Positions 38,010-51,059 of a stretch of DNA of 64,000 bases are shown here, in pieces. Source of the stretch: Lytechinus pictus (taxonomy: Eukaryota). The translations under genes and the position numbers were made by a program. How positions within the stretch are numbered: the first letter of the stretch is position 1; each line of letters begins with the position of its first letter. The stretch is taken from the NCBI RefSeq assembly GCF_037042905.1, contig NC_087263.1, positions 15,192,001 to 15,256,000 of the forward strand, written 5' to 3'. The notes under the pieces are model-generated. The model made no database searches. It was given only the letters and a program-made list of their open reading frames with translations, and was not told the DNA's origin.

Positions 38010-39299
38010 CTACAAAACAAAAAAAAGAGGAGAAAAAGAAATAATTAAAATCAAAAGGATTTATACTCTTTAATTATAATCTATAATTTCTTTATAGAGT
38101 ATATATAGTCTACATATGTTTGTCATTGCATATTTGCTTTTGTGTGAATAAGGTGAACTGCAAGAGTGAGCATTTTCTGCCATCGGGGGAAAATGTGTTA
38201 TACATAACGGGTATATTCATGTATTATTACATACGCTATTTATAATCTATATACAATTTTTTTTTAAAGAGGGAAAAAAATCTCTGCCGGCCATGTTCAT
38301 TCTTGTCTTCCTCTTCCCCTTCTCTCATTGTAAATGCTGCTTTGAGTATTGAAGAAACTGAATATGTGTGGTTAGGTTAATGCGGAGATGTTCACATATA
38401 TCTTGTTAATCCATAGTATCATACTTCACTTCTTGATATATATATATCTTGCTGTTGTAGACCGTTAACTCATGAAGATCAGCTTTCTCTCTCTTCCTTC
38501 TCATTTCCATCACATCCCTTCTCCAACAACAACTACAAAAGCCCCTCACGAAGACAGACCCTTTCAAACTCGCATCAAATCCAATACCCGGGACCAAGCC
38601 TTTCGCTCCTCTTCCACCCAATCTCTCTCTGTCATCACCCCCTTGGAGTAAGTAGGCCGTAAATAACATTAACACATGTGCGAAATTGGCTTCCCTACAT
38701 GGCTTTACCCATCATGCATCATGATAAGCTGCGTTAACAAGATGGTGACAATGATGGGGCCTTTATCCCTCAATCAAACGGTATGAATTCCCAGTTTATT
38801 CCCGATCATGTTTTGACCTTTTTATCATGCTTCTCCATCCCCTGGCGGCTGGTGCCCTCCTCTTTCTCATTCTTTCTTATTTTTCACTTTCTTTCTACTT
38901 CCCATTTTTCTTAATTTTTCTTGCTCCATTTTCTTTTTTTGTTGTTGCTCTCCGTTTATTTTTTTTTTCTATTTCTTCCTTTCTATCTCTTTTCTTCTTT
39001 TATCCAGCTCAGTCTCTATTTATTCATCATCATTCTTGTTTTTCCTCTCTCCCATTCTCATTCCTTCCTTCTTCATCTCTCTCTCCCTCTCACTTTCTTT
39101 TTCTCCACTTTCTATCTATCTACATGTATCTAGCATCTCTCCCTCACCCCTTACTTTCTCTCTCTCACTTCGTCATTTCTTTATTTTTCTTTATCCTCTT
39201 TATTTCTTTCTTTCTTTCTATCTCTCCCTATCCATCTCCCCATCTATCAACACCCTATCACCCACAATCCACTATAATTTGCTGCCCATACCCTGGCCA

Positions 39300-39665
39300 G
39301 CACTCCAGTACCAACCCTCCCCCCCCCCCCCATAACTCACAACCCACCACAATATGCCTTGAAATTCCTGGCTATGATCCCAAACACCCCCCCCCCCCTC
39401 CCCGTTTCTTCCATTCACACTCCACCACAATATGCCTACCCATCCCCCCTATTTCTATCACTCACATTCCACTACAATATGGCTTGAAACCAGGATCCCG
39501 TTACCCCCCCCCCATTCGCATCACTCACACTCCACCACAATAGGGCCTATGCCTTGAAACCAGGATCCAGTTACTACCCCCCCCCCCCATTGCTATCACT
39601 CACACTTCACCACAGCATGCTTTGAAACCCCTAGCCATGACCCAGTTACCCCCCCCCCACACTGA
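39300..39665 (+). repeat. Degenerate minisatellite, ~50-75 bp units with poly-C
   Basis: Recurring cacactccaccacaatatgccttgaaacc...ccccccc. Confidence 0.8.
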
Positions 39666-40111
39666 TGCATATATGACGGTCCGATGAATCATTCTTCTAT
39701 TATGAATAGTTTAACATCTCCAGTAGACGAAAGCAGATCGCCTTTTCATTGAGAGTCATATTACACTTACTCAACTGGCCCGGCAGGGGTCTATACAGAG
39801 GAATGATACATACTTATGCATGCATTTCTGACTACAACATATTATATATATATATTTCTGTATATTTTGTTTCTTTATGATATGTATTTTGCCATCTCCA
39901 TTTTGGGAAGAGTAGCTGTCATTACTGCTAGGCTTCAAGCAAAATTTTGCTTATATAGTTTGCCACTGCATGACCCCCCTTTAAGTCGGTTGCCACTCTG
40001 CATTTATGTCTACCTCTATGATTACAATATTGCAACTTTGTTATAATTATGTACCTTATGCCATATTATTATGTTCATGCATTGTAAATTTATTTTGTAT
40101 AATATGATACC

Positions 40112-40194
40112 AAATTACCAAGTATCAAAGCACAGTTGAGTATATGCACATAGTAACTGTGCTATATAAATGGACATATTATTATTATTATTAT
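40112..40194 (+). mobile_element. Isolated SINE/LINE 3' tail
   Basis: aagcacagtt...aactgtgctatataaat followed by (TTA)n; same style as the tails at 32.5 and 59.8 kb. Confidence 0.5.
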
Positions 40195-40485
40195 ATCAAA
40201 TCCAATAAATGCAGAAAATCCCGCAAAAAAAATTACAAAGTGAACAAAAGCTTGAACTCTTATTATCCAAGACAAGGAATTATTCTAAATATTCAAAGTC
40301 TATGTTACAAAGTTGTATTGATAGATTTACTGTAATAGAATTGGAAATCAATCTTACTAATTAAAGAATATTAATCTTAATCTCAATTAAAAGCTCAATT
40401 TTGAATTTCACTACAAGCATTTGAATAGTATTTTGAATAAAAATAAAATTCAGAATTTATTTGATATGTTCATTCCATTGCTCAG

Positions 40486-40614
40486 GGGGGCATTTCATAG
40501 AGCAAATAGTCAATGATTTCCACTGACAACTGTTATAAGCTACTGAAATCCTTGCTTCTGATTGGCTCAGACCAAATTAGTCAATGAAAACATCACTATT
40601 TTGTTTAACACTCC
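40486..40614 (+). mobile_element. ~130-bp CWG-flanked MITE
   Basis: cag|gggggcatttcat ... aacactcc|cag; core gctactgaaatcctt..tctgattggct shared with 50902-51038 and 57326-57464. Confidence 0.75.
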
Positions 40615-40616
40615 CA

Positions 40617-40878
40617 GGGCCCCGTATTACAAAGAGTTACGATTGATCAACCACAACTATGGAAAGCCAGCAACATCAACATCTATAATACATGTTCGTT
40701 CAAAATATTTTCATGTATATTCACACATTCATATAGTTTTCTTGAAAATTCAGTGTGCTTCTCTTTGTTTTCAAAGGACATTGTGCAAATTTCCTAAAGA
40801 AAGAAATATGACACTGATGGAATTTCCATATACTTGAGGTTGATCGCATCAATCGCAACTCTTTGTAAGACCGGGCCC
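40617..40878. mobile_element. 262-bp MITE, TIR gggcccsgt.ttacaaagagtt
   Basis: gggccccgtattacaaagagttacgattgat / atcaatcgcaactctttgtaagaccgggccc; directly abuts the preceding MITE. Confidence 0.88.
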
Positions 40879-41710
40879 TGGTATGTTTGTAGTTGTTTTT
40901 GTCTCCTGTCCAATAATGTAAATTCCAAAGAAAACTGTAGTCATTGGCAATTATTGCTTTATAATGAAACAAAACAATTATTCATATCTCATCTTAATCA
41001 GGTAAACCACATCACAGATGAAAAAATATTTGTGAGGCGTCTATTCTTTGTTTCTGCATTTCATTTTAAATATAAAAAAAAGCTTTTTATAAGTATGTTA
41101 AATATTAATCAATAAATCAATCGAATCATTTCCATCTTATGAAATAAAAGACAATTTGTGTGATACTGATGATATCATGATAGATCTACGTATATTGCCA
41201 AGCTGAATATGAGGTGTAAAAATGATGAAAATAATAAGGTCCTTAAGATATGTCTGTCCTCATAATTAATTCTATACTCTTAGTGGGTTAAACAAAATTC
41301 AAGAAAAAAACGTCTAGATTTAATGAAATTATCAAGGTAATTTAAGATACAAATTGGTCAAGAATGTCCCAAAACAATTTTCAAGAATGCAGAAATACTA
41401 AATTAATCCCCTGAAGGACGATACATAGGAGAAAAAGAAATCTTAAGTCAACTATTTCAATAAAAAACATGCCCTGCTAAGTACTCCAACTTGAATTACA
41501 ACATGTTAACATCCGAGCCAAACCGCTGCTATATATCTCAATTAAAGGCACAGCATCATGTCACATAAATCTCAATTAAAGGACCATTATCACCCACGTG
41601 TGCCCTTTAAATGTCAAAAGTGCAAGAATGCCAGTTCACGATCTCAGTGTCGTTAGCTGTTTGCCAAGCGATGGGATGGTTGTGAGAGGCGAAAATCGGT
41701 GCGTGGAGTT

Positions 41711-41953
41711 GTGTGCCTTTCATTTGACGCATGGTCAATTGGCATATCTCCCTCGTTCCTCCCTGAAAAGGTAGAACTGGGAAAGGTTTTTCAGGGCAAT
41801 TGGTAAATAATGAGTGATTTTGAGTAGTGTGCCTTTCATTTGACGCATGGTCAATTGGCATATTTTTCCACCCCTCCCTTCATTCTCTCCCCCAAAAAAG
41901 GTGCATCTGGAAGAGGTTTTATAGGGAAATTTGGTAAATAATAAGCGATTTTG
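41711..41953 (+). repeat. Tandem duplication, 2 x ~120 bp
   Basis: gtgtgcctttt?catttgacgcatggtcaattggcatat...ttggtaaataat occurs twice. Confidence 0.85.
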
Positions 41954-42035
41954 TATTTTAAAAAAAATGGATTGGACGACAGTTAAAGATTGAAGGAGAC
42001 AGTGGGAAGAATAAGGATTGAGGAAGAGTTTAAAC

Positions 42036-42300
42036 TACACTACAAAATAAACTACACCAGTCAGTGTTCTGAGAGTACAACACCCAGAAATTTACACCAT
42101 ACTTATATTTATAATTGTGGTGTTGGTTCAACACCACATGATAACACACATTGGTGTTATCATAACACCTTCTGTTTGCTACCTTGACATTTGGTCATGG
42201 TGTTACATTCAAATCCCATGGTATCTTTTAACACCAAAGGATGTGGTGTTCTTTGAACACTACTGGTGTTGTTTATAACACCACATTGTTTACAACTATA
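42036..42300. mobile_element. Degenerate CACTA-type MITE rich in aacacc/ggtgtt
   Basis: Starts tacactacaaaa; motif content resembles 4206-4449; right end eroded. Confidence 0.45.
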
Positions 42301-42943
42301 GTTAAGAAGATGCAAGATACAGAAAGACAGAGAGAGAGAGAGAAATGGAAAGAGCATCAAACAGAGACGAAACAGGGAATCATAAAAAATTGTAAAATAT
42401 ATTTGCCAATACGAAAAGAAAGGGAGACAAGAAGAAAAGCAGATGCAGGGAGTAGGAGAGTAAGGGAGAGATATAAAAACGTGTCATGAGTCATCTTATC
42501 AGTGAAAAAGAGGGAGAACAGGAATAAAATAAAGAGAAAGAGGGGTTGAAGGATATAGAAGAAAGAGAAGAGGGAGAAAAGTGAATGAAAAGAGAAAAAA
42601 GGTCCAAAAAAGGGAATGATAAGAAAATGGGTGGAAGCAAGGGAATGAAATGAAGTGAGGGAGAGGTAAAAACTGAACGAAAGAGACAGGTAGATAGGAA
42701 ACAAATTGAAGACAAGAAGAGGGAGAAGAGGAGCGAAAGGAAGGAGAAAATGTGAACAAAAGGAAGAGAAAGGGAACATAAATTTGACTGAATGGAATAA
42801 GCTAAGAGGAATGATATGGAGGGGAAAAAAGGGCATGGTTATAATTGCTTTGCCATTAGGCTCCCTGGTTATTGTGAAACAAAATAGCAGTAGCGGAGCT
42901 GAATGACAAATTGATTTGAAGACGAACACCCGGAGGAGAGAAC

Positions 42944-43350
42944 GATACCCGGTACAAATGGAAGAATCTGGGAGAACCCCTGTTCACACTGTAAATTAAA
43001 GATTAAGTTTGTAAGTTCATGCACTGAGTGTGAACACTCAGATACCTTGATGATACTTAGAATGATACCCAATACAAACAGAAAAATCTAGGAAACCCCC
43101 TGTTCACACTGTTCACTAAAGATGAAGTTTAGTTCAGGCTTTGAGTCTTAACACCCAGATACCTCGATGATACTTAGGATCATGATACCCAATACAAATG
43201 GAAAAATCTTGGAAAAACCCTGTTCACACTGTAAATTAAATATGGAGTTTAATTACTTGACAATGAGTAAGAACACACATATACTTGTAAGATAGAATTC
43301 AATTGTAACCAGTAAAAATGGGAGAACCCATTCACACACTGTATACTAAA
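42944..43350 (+). repeat. Tandem array, ~3.5 x 120 bp
   Basis: gataccc..tacaaa..gaa.aatct.gga.a.ccctgttcacactgt at 42944, 43064, 43184 and ~43305. Confidence 0.9.
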
Positions 43351-43351
43351 C

Positions 43352-43790
43352 TGGAGAAGTCATGATGTAGCAGTTCTGTCTCCCATCTTTAAATGAGAAG
43401 GTCACTGGTTCAAATCCCACTCCGGGCATTAACTTCTTTCGGCAAGAAATTCATCCATATTTTGCTTCACTCAACCCAGGTGTGGTAAATGAAGACTAGG
43501 GTCCAGTAACACAAAGGTTAGCGATAAATCGTACGCTTGATTTTCACGATTGATTGTACATTGTAGTCAATGGAATCCATCGTAGAAAACTGTTCTACGA
43601 TCATTGCTAAGCATTGTATTACGGGCCCTGGTAGGAATATATTCCTTGAAATTCCTGAGCACATAACAGCAGCTCTGCTAAAGCAAAGATAATAATTATG
43701 CTAAGATAATAATTAAGAGTGTAGTAATAATGCTCTAAAGACAATTCTGATAAAAAAAGGTGTAAAGCACTGAACACTGCGCCCGCACAT
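43352..43790 (+). mobile_element. Old SINE (family A-related) interrupted by a MITE
   Basis: ggttcaaatccc...cactcaacccaggtgtggtaaatg resumes as tggtaggaa..attccttgaaat after 43628. Confidence 0.75.
43499..43628 (+). mobile_element. ~130-bp MITE (same family as 7369-7497)
   Basis: gggtccagtaacacaaaggttagcgat ... ttgtattacgggccc. Confidence 0.85.
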
Positions 43791-43978
43791 ATGCAGACTG
43801 GAATCTATGAAAAAACATGTACAGCACAATCATCCAGTTTCCAACAAGTTAAGAAAAAGAGAAGAGGAACCTTTCCTGGATGTTCGGCTTCCCTGAAATG
43901 CTTCAAGCAACAGAGAATTACTGCATTGATTAAATTGTACCCACACCCTACTTCAACAGTGTCAGTAATAGAGCCTTA

Positions 43979-44143
43979 TACCTCGGTCACATTTGCTCTA
44001 CGGCGGCCGTACTGCGAGTCAAAAACAGTCATTTTATTCATTTTTATTCAAACCACCTATACGTATATAGCCGGTACAAAAATGTTAAAACGACTGTTTT
44101 CAACTTGCCGTACGGCCACCATAGAGCAAATGTGTCCAAGGTA
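43979..44143. mobile_element. PIF/Harbinger-type MITE, TTA TSD
   Basis: tta|tacctcggtcacatttgctcta ... tagagcaaatgtgtccaaggta|tta. Confidence 0.9.
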
Positions 44144-44346
44144 TTACTTTCTTAGAGAAAACAAAAAACAAAACTGGTGCCAAATTGATGAGGTAAATCA
44201 ACTGTTTGGGGAGGGGGTGATCTATGGTGCCTCTTCTTGAATAAAGTATTATCATGAGTCTCTGCTAGAGCTAGCTTGAAAAAAAAAATACTAAGAAAAT
44301 ACATACAACCTAAAATGCTAGCATAGCACCACTGGTGTCTATAAAT

Positions 44347-44531
44347 CAGGGGCCGCGGAACGGTTTTCAAAGTGGGGGGGCTGAGCCAAAAGTGGGTGGG
44401 CTGACAATGCAAAAAATCACAATCATATGGTCATTTTTACGTTTTTGTACATGGTTTTGGAAAAAAGTGGGGGGGCTGAAGCCCCCCCAGCCCCCCCCCC
44501 CTCCCCCCCCCCCCCGCTTCCGCGGCCCCTG
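44347..44531. mobile_element. 185-bp MITE, TIR caggggccgcggaa
   Basis: taaat|caggggccgcggaa ... ttccgcggcccctg|taaat (5-bp flanking direct repeat). Confidence 0.9.
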
Positions 44532-46542
44532 TAAATATCTAGAAAACATAGAACAGAAAAGATTTGAGGATCCTGTATACATTCTATATTGTTAGCATTT
44601 CGAAGTTGAATAATAGTTGATGCCACAATAATCGTACAAAAAGCCCAATTCAAAAAAAAAAAAAATTCTCGGTCACAAATATGATCAAATTTGAATTTGA
44701 AACAAAGAATTATAGATTCTTCAAAGTCAAACATACAAAGACTGATATGAATAAATTAATGACAATTTAGAGCTTGTGAATGAACACTAAGGGGAGACTA
44801 CGGATAATATAAAAAATAAATCACACCAAATTATGGGATAAAAATGTCTTTAATTTTCCTTACAGCCACAGGCAAAAAAATTTTAGCAGCTGCCTTGTAG
44901 GTTGAATGATTTGAAGGCGCAGTAGCACTGGCAGCAGGTGATTCGGGCTGCTAACTTGAGTGAATTTATTACTCAATTAGTCATCATGTGAATTATGATA
45001 TGATAATTTATCAGATAGAAGGGGAGAATTCTAATGAGTGAAGGAAAGAGAATATGACTGTGTAAATATAATGTGTATGAATGATATAATGCATAATCTC
45101 AAACCAGATCGCAGTTCGGGTTTTCATGTTTGGGGTATTTTTTCAATTCAATGTTTATTTCTCAAGGTGGGTTCTAGACTGCAAAAGAAATGCTGAAAGG
45201 TCTTTAATACAATGTGAGTAGGCATTATATGTTTACCAAATAACCATTACGAGTATATCATGCTCATCTCAGAAATCTCTGAATTCATTGAAATGCCCCA
45301 GAAATTGTGAGTGGGATATACCCATTGGTCTCACACAAGTCATGTATATGGATAGTTGGGACAAGAAAGTAACTGTGGAATTGCATGCTTGTAAACCCTG
45401 CAGATAAATCTGCATAAGTAATAAATATATATAAATACATAGAATAATAACAATTGTGCCAATTTCAAAGCTATTTCTCAGAAATCATGAGTGAAACATC
45501 AATTGATCTCCCTTAAATATATAAGTCACTATAGAATTGCATGCTGGGGTAAATCTGCCCTGGCACAAGAAACATGTATATAAGATTGCACCTATTTCAG
45601 AAATATTAAATTACAAAGAAATCATGAGGAAAATATCACCTGATCTTGCACACGCACATGTTCTTTAATATTCAAAGCAAGCAATTTCACAAGTATCAAT
45701 TTGAGATCAATATTCACTTTGTCGCTAAAACTATAGGCATTAACTGTAATTTGTTTTTTTCATCTTCTTTCTCTGACTCATCTTTCTACCCCCCCCCCCC
45801 CTCTCTCTCTCTCTCTATCCCTCCCTCTCATCTACTTTTGTCCATATTAAGACATCTTTCAGATGACAACCAAATGAACTGGTCAATGCTCTCAACTTAA
45901 TTGGTCATCCCCTACACGTTTTTGCTATTCCATCCCACCCCCTCCTGCTAATATCCGGCTGGCTACTACCCCCATTAACAATTCAGGCCAAGAGAGAGAA
46001 AAGGAGGTTAAAGGGAAGGGAGGGGAAAGGGGAGGGGAGGAGAGGTAGAGAGAAGAGAATAGGGGTATAGGAGAAAGAGAGAGGGGGGATAACTGTATGT
46101 GAGGGGACAACACCAAACCCTTAAACCAGTGTCAAATTTATGGTGCAAATGCAACAACCATTTGCATATATGTGTTATACTCACACCATTTGGCGTTGGA
46201 TTAAACACTCAACACCTGAGAAAGTGGTGCACTCAAAACATCAACCAGCAATGCTTTAACACTAAAGGTTTTAAAATGCACAATTTATCAATTCTTTTAA
46301 CGAGTAAAGGAGTGTGCAAGGAAAATGGGAGAAAAATGGGCTAGAGAACTGGCTACTGCTTCCATTAAATATTCATTTTTATGATGACTGTGAGATTGCC
46401 CATACAACCATTTACATCCCCCATGTCAACATCTCCTTTAGATTGGTCAAACAAAATATTGATGGAATAGGGGCCTACACAGGGGTGAGTGGGGAGGCAA
46501 AAGTTTTTAAAATTTGAAGATAGCAATCTTGGAGTGAACCTT

Positions 46543-47133
46543 ATTCATTTCAAATTGTATCCACCAGTTAAACTTATCAGAATAATGGTAAATCATACAA
46601 CCAAAATAGCTTGTGGGGAAACGAAAGTATGCTTTACATGTAGGTTGTATGATTGTAAGCTTTCAGAGAAATCATTCATTTCAGACTGTATCCACCAGTT
46701 GAAATTATTAGAATAATGGTAATTCATTCATCCAAAATTGCCTGTTGGGGTACTAAAGTATGATTTAGATTGTATGATTGTAATCTTTGAGGGAAAATCA
46801 TTCATTTCAAACAGTATCGACCATTTAAACTTATCAGGATAATGGTAATTCATTCATCCAAAATGGCCTGTGGAGAGACTTAAGTATGATTTAGATTGTA
46901 TGATTGTAATCTTTCAGAGAAATCATTCATTTTAGACTGTATCCACCAGTTAAACTTATCAGAAAAATGGTAGTTTATTCATCCAAAATGGCCAGTGGAG
47001 AGACATAAGTATGATTTAGGATGTATGATTGTAAGCTTTCAGAGAAATCATTCATTTCAGACTGTAACGACGAGTTAAACTTATCAGAAAAATGGTAGTT
47101 CATTCATCCAAAATGGCCTGTGGAGAGACTTAA
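46543..47133 (+). repeat. Tandem array, ~4.7 x 125 bp, resuming at 47568-47590
   Basis: attcatttca.a.tgtatccaccagttaaacttatcaga..aatggta units near 46543, 46674, 46800, 46925 and 47050. Confidence 0.92.
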
Positions 47134-47139
47134 TTATCT

Positions 47140-47362
47140 TTTTTCTTAAATCCTATAACAGAAAATGAGTTAATTCAAATATGTAATTCATTAAGTAGTA
47201 GCAATTCCATGGGATTTGATAATCTTAGTACTAATTTATTGAAAAAAGTTATTTTCTATATTGTACAGCCATTGGTATTCATATTTAATCTCTCTCTCTC
47301 TCTACAGGATCGGTCCCTGATAAGTTGAAAATAGCTAAGATAACTACAGTATTTAAAAAAGA
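47140..47362 (+). pseudogene. LINE (CR1/L2-group) ORF2 fragment, start of the RT region, frameshifted
   Basis: Manual translation FLNPITENELIQICNSLSSSNSMGFDNLSTNLLKKVIFYIVQPLVFIFNLSLS/(+2 in CT run)/TGSVPDKLKIAKITTVFKKD matches the G-x-D...PL..IFN.S...G.xP..xK.A...FKK pattern of non-LTR RTs. Confidence 0.88.
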
Positions 47363-47567
47363 CGAACCTTCGGAACATCGAACCTTATTTCGTTTTCGGA
47401 TTAACGAACCTTCGGAATAGCGCCACAAATGTTCGGATTAACGAACCCTTATACGTTTTCGGATTAACGAACATCGAGGTATAGGCAAATTACGTGTTTC
47501 GGAATTACAAACCTTCGGAATAAAGATCCTTCGGAATAAAGAACCTTCGGAATTACGAAGTGTAACC
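47361..47567 (+). repeat. ~15-bp tandem element (aaccttcggaat/ttcggattaacg) ending gtgtaacc
   Basis: More than ten ttcgga-type cores; probably the end of a non-autonomous element. Confidence 0.8.
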
Positions 47568-48444
47568 ATCAGAATAATGGTTATTCATTCCTTGGAGCGC
47601 GCCACAGACTAGGTGGAGATAGAATAGTGGAAAATGACATTCTACTTCCATTAATAATCTCTCATTTTCGGCAAATGTGTTTTTGCTTTGAACAGTCAAT
47701 GAAAGCTAATTACAAATCCTAATGAATGCTAAACAAGCTAAGTAAAAATTGGAGATTAAGTTAAGTGCAAAAGAAACAAAATCATTCATTTCACTTAACA
47801 AGCAACTCTAAAATAATCATTTTAGATTTTTTTTAAAGGCATGATTCTAGATATGAACAAGTGAATTCTAAGTCAAAACATGCATGATATTAACTCGGGA
47901 AATTGGACTTAGTACCCTCTTTTTGTATTTTAACAAATTCTATTGTTTTTGTAATCATATTCTGTAAAACTTTAGATGAAGTCTCAAAAGAAAACAAGAC
48001 GTACTCTAATATGAATAATCTATCCCAAAAAATTTTTTTTTTTAATTGAAAATTAGAAGCTCTAAGCCGAATTATTTTCAGATAATGCATATGCTGAAAT
48101 AACACGGAGAATATAACATATCTTTTTCCACTATTTCCCTTTTCAATTTATCACTGCAATGCCAATCCTGCACATATATCAAGACTTTGCTTTCCATTTC
48201 TAGCATCACAGATACCATACAACCCCCTAAAATGCATGATGCATGCATCTGAAAACCCCAATAAAAGCGATTGCATTAAATACTCAATCACACATTTCCA
48301 CCTGTTCTTCGTTGACATTTCACATTTGAAATTTGTTCATTTCCAACAACACTGTACAGGCAACCACATCACAGGTGAGCTTTATTTGCACACATTCTCC
48401 TTGCCTTAAAGTTTAAATCTAGACATCCATCGACTCTTAATTCA

Positions 48445-48903
48445 TTAAATTTGCAAAAATATGTCAGTGTGTAATTGCAAATGTTGAGGAGTAATTACAA
48501 ATTATGTTTACTTACTGAAACACCAATGAAGTGAAAACAAATGACTTGATCTTGACAGTGTTTTCAAGTGGTGCACAAAAAAGCCTATATATGGGACTAC
48601 ATGCAAATATTGGGACAAATTTGCTTCCATTGATAGAACTCTCGATGGTAAAACATTTATCTTTATTAAAAGCATATTTCTACCAAAATCAAAATGACTT
48701 TAATTGTGCAAAATATGTCAGTTTATATGAACACAAATGTTGAGGTGTGATGCAGAATTCTTTATGTCCACTTAAAAATAAAAAAAATGTACTATTGGAG
48801 TGAATGAAGTAAACAGAAATTGACTGATCTTGACAATGCTTTCAACTAGTGGACATAAAAGCCTATATATGGGACTACTTGCATATATTAAGACCAATTT
48901 GCT
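48445..48903 (+). repeat. Diverged tandem duplication (~255-280 bp period)
   Basis: aaaatatgtcagt..caaatgttgagg..tgatcttgaca..aaaagcctatatatgggactac occurs twice. Confidence 0.85.
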
Positions 48904-49444
48904 ACTGGTCCTTTAAAGAATAATCCCTGAACACACATTTATCCTTATCCATTGGGTACTTACGAATGCTAGATCTAATCAAGTTAAATGCCAACAACTC
49001 TACATATTCATACCCTTTTACTTCACAAAAACTGCAACTTCTCTTTAACCTCCCAGCACACGACACTCTGCTTCCTACTAAATTATGCACCATACAAAAG
49101 CAATAGGGTTTATCAGCACACTAGATGGTACCATAAATGATGGATGATTACAACTTCTTTCCACTTTTTGCCATCTCTTATCTAGCACTTACAATCATAT
49201 AATATTGAAGCTAATCACTTTGGACTAGAGGTGAATTTCAATCAAATCCTGTCCTTATCATGTACTTCAGCTTTTTGCTTCCTTCCATCTGTTTTTTTTC
49301 TTGCTACTCCTTCTATTGCCAGTCTTGTAATTTTGTCCTCCGAAGATATATTTTGCAATTCTAAATTTCCTCTCTTCTTCTCTTTGCTACGCATTTTCTC
49401 TCTTCTTATTTTTTTTTTGGTTCAATTCAATTTGCACTGTTTAC

Positions 49445-49749
49445 CCCTGCTGAAAAGAACGCAGTGTATTAAACACAGTGTGATCACAGTATGTTCACAC
49501 AGTGGACTATGTGAAAATATTATTCACTTTTAAAATGCTTAAATTCAACAGTGTGAGGATATTTTCACACTGTGGACACCTCGACCGTGTGACTGTTCAC
49601 AGCGTGTTCACATGGTCAACTATGTGAATGTGTCATTCACAATGCTGAAATGCTCAAATTTTACAGTGTTAAGGTGATTTCACATTGTTTTCCACACTGT
49701 GAACACACTGTGGCACACACTGCAGGATACTTCGTTCTTTCCAGTAGGG
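49445..49749. mobile_element. ~305-bp MITE with internal cacagtgtg repeats
   Basis: Left ccctgctgaaaagaacgcagt vs right reverse complement ccctactggaaagaacgaagt. Confidence 0.75.
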
Positions 49750-50134
49750 AAGGATAGCACATTGTGTTGATTGGACTCCTTTTCTCACTCTCTCTCCCAA
49801 CTTCTCCAGCTGTCTCTCATTCTCCCTTTCTTTCTTTCACATATCCGAGCTTAGATTTAGGCCAGCTTAAGCTCTTGAGACCCCTTTCAAACCAAAACTA
49901 AGCTGGACATGGGTGGACCAAGTGGGAAAGAGGAATGATTGAACACCTTTTTAAGTTTTTATCAACCTGCTAGATACATCCATGACCTTCAAATTCCCAT
50001 TTGAGTGCATTAGAAAGGCATTTAACTCTTAACTGCAATACTATGAGGTGCTTAGCGCTTACGCCATTTAAATACACTTAGCTAGCTGTTTATCTCTGGA
50101 TTTTGAATACAGCATTTAAAAGCATCAGTATAAA

Positions 50135-50545
50135 GACCCCATTCACATCTACCTTGCTCAACTGTTTTCCCTGAAACCACTTCACAAAAACCAGTTTAGA
50201 AGATCGCTTGGCTATCGTTCTCATCATCATCTCCTGAACTGTTTTCCAAAAACACTTCACTTAAGGGGTCTTGTTTCTAGGTGAACATTCTCAGTAGGGT
50301 CTCATTACATGTTTTGCGCAAAAATTTGAAATCACAGCGTAGGCATGGTCATCAATATTCTACACACCGTGTTACTGAGTAGCATGCCAACCATGCACGG
50401 TCCTCACCTGCGCTTAAACCGAAATAATTAACCAAAGTGGTCTTGAAAACCACATCGTAAGGTGGGTTTCCAAACTGGTTTGGAATACCAGTCAAGATTG
50501 CTTCAGACCGCCTCTAGCATTCATAGTAACTGGTTTCAAAAAGTA
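50135..50545 (-). mobile_element. Old inverted copy of the 31089-31550 MITE family
   Basis: aaccagtttagaagatcgcttggcta and tcttgaaaaccacatcgtaaggtgggtttccaaactggtttg match the reverse complement of 31200-31500. Confidence 0.75.
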
Positions 50546-50901
50546 GATAACATGGTCTTACTTTATCAACTCACTTTATTTCTTCTTCTGCATCAAATCC
50601 ATACAAACACTGCTTAAAAATCATGGAGCTATCCGAATCTCATCAAGAAAATAACAAGGTGCGACAATGGGGCCGTCAACAGCGCTACTCCTTGGCAAAC
50701 AAACGAGGGCGTTTTTAACAAGTGCCCATTAAAAGACGTCATGACATTTCACAGGTTCGTGCACAGGCCAAGCTAACAGGGCCGTAAAGAAAACAAGGTT
50801 TGCCCAAGGAGGAGAGCTAGAAGATGTTCTACTTTTTTGACGGAGAGGAATTATTCAGGAGTGATCACACTATATTCATGATACACTCAAGCTTGCTTCT
50901 G

Positions 50902-51038
50902 GGGAGACTTTCATGAAATGTACAGCCAGTGATTTTTCACTGACAATTGTTATAAGCTACTGAAAAGCTTACATCCGATTGGCTGAGAGCGAATTTGTCA
51001 GTGAATACCTTTAACAAGATGCTTCTTGTAACAATCCC
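50902..51038 (+). mobile_element. CWG-flanked MITE (family of 40486)
   Basis: ctg|gggagactttcatgaa...cactgacaattgttataagctactgaaa...gattggct...aatccc|cag. Confidence 0.75.
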
Positions 51039-51059
51039 CAGTTCTCCCACACGGATCCT

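Noticed and set aside
38827..39543. 238-aa F/L/S/P-rich ORF (similar ones at 33842, 42357 and 63497)
   Set aside because: Produced by CT-rich low-complexity DNA and minisatellite.
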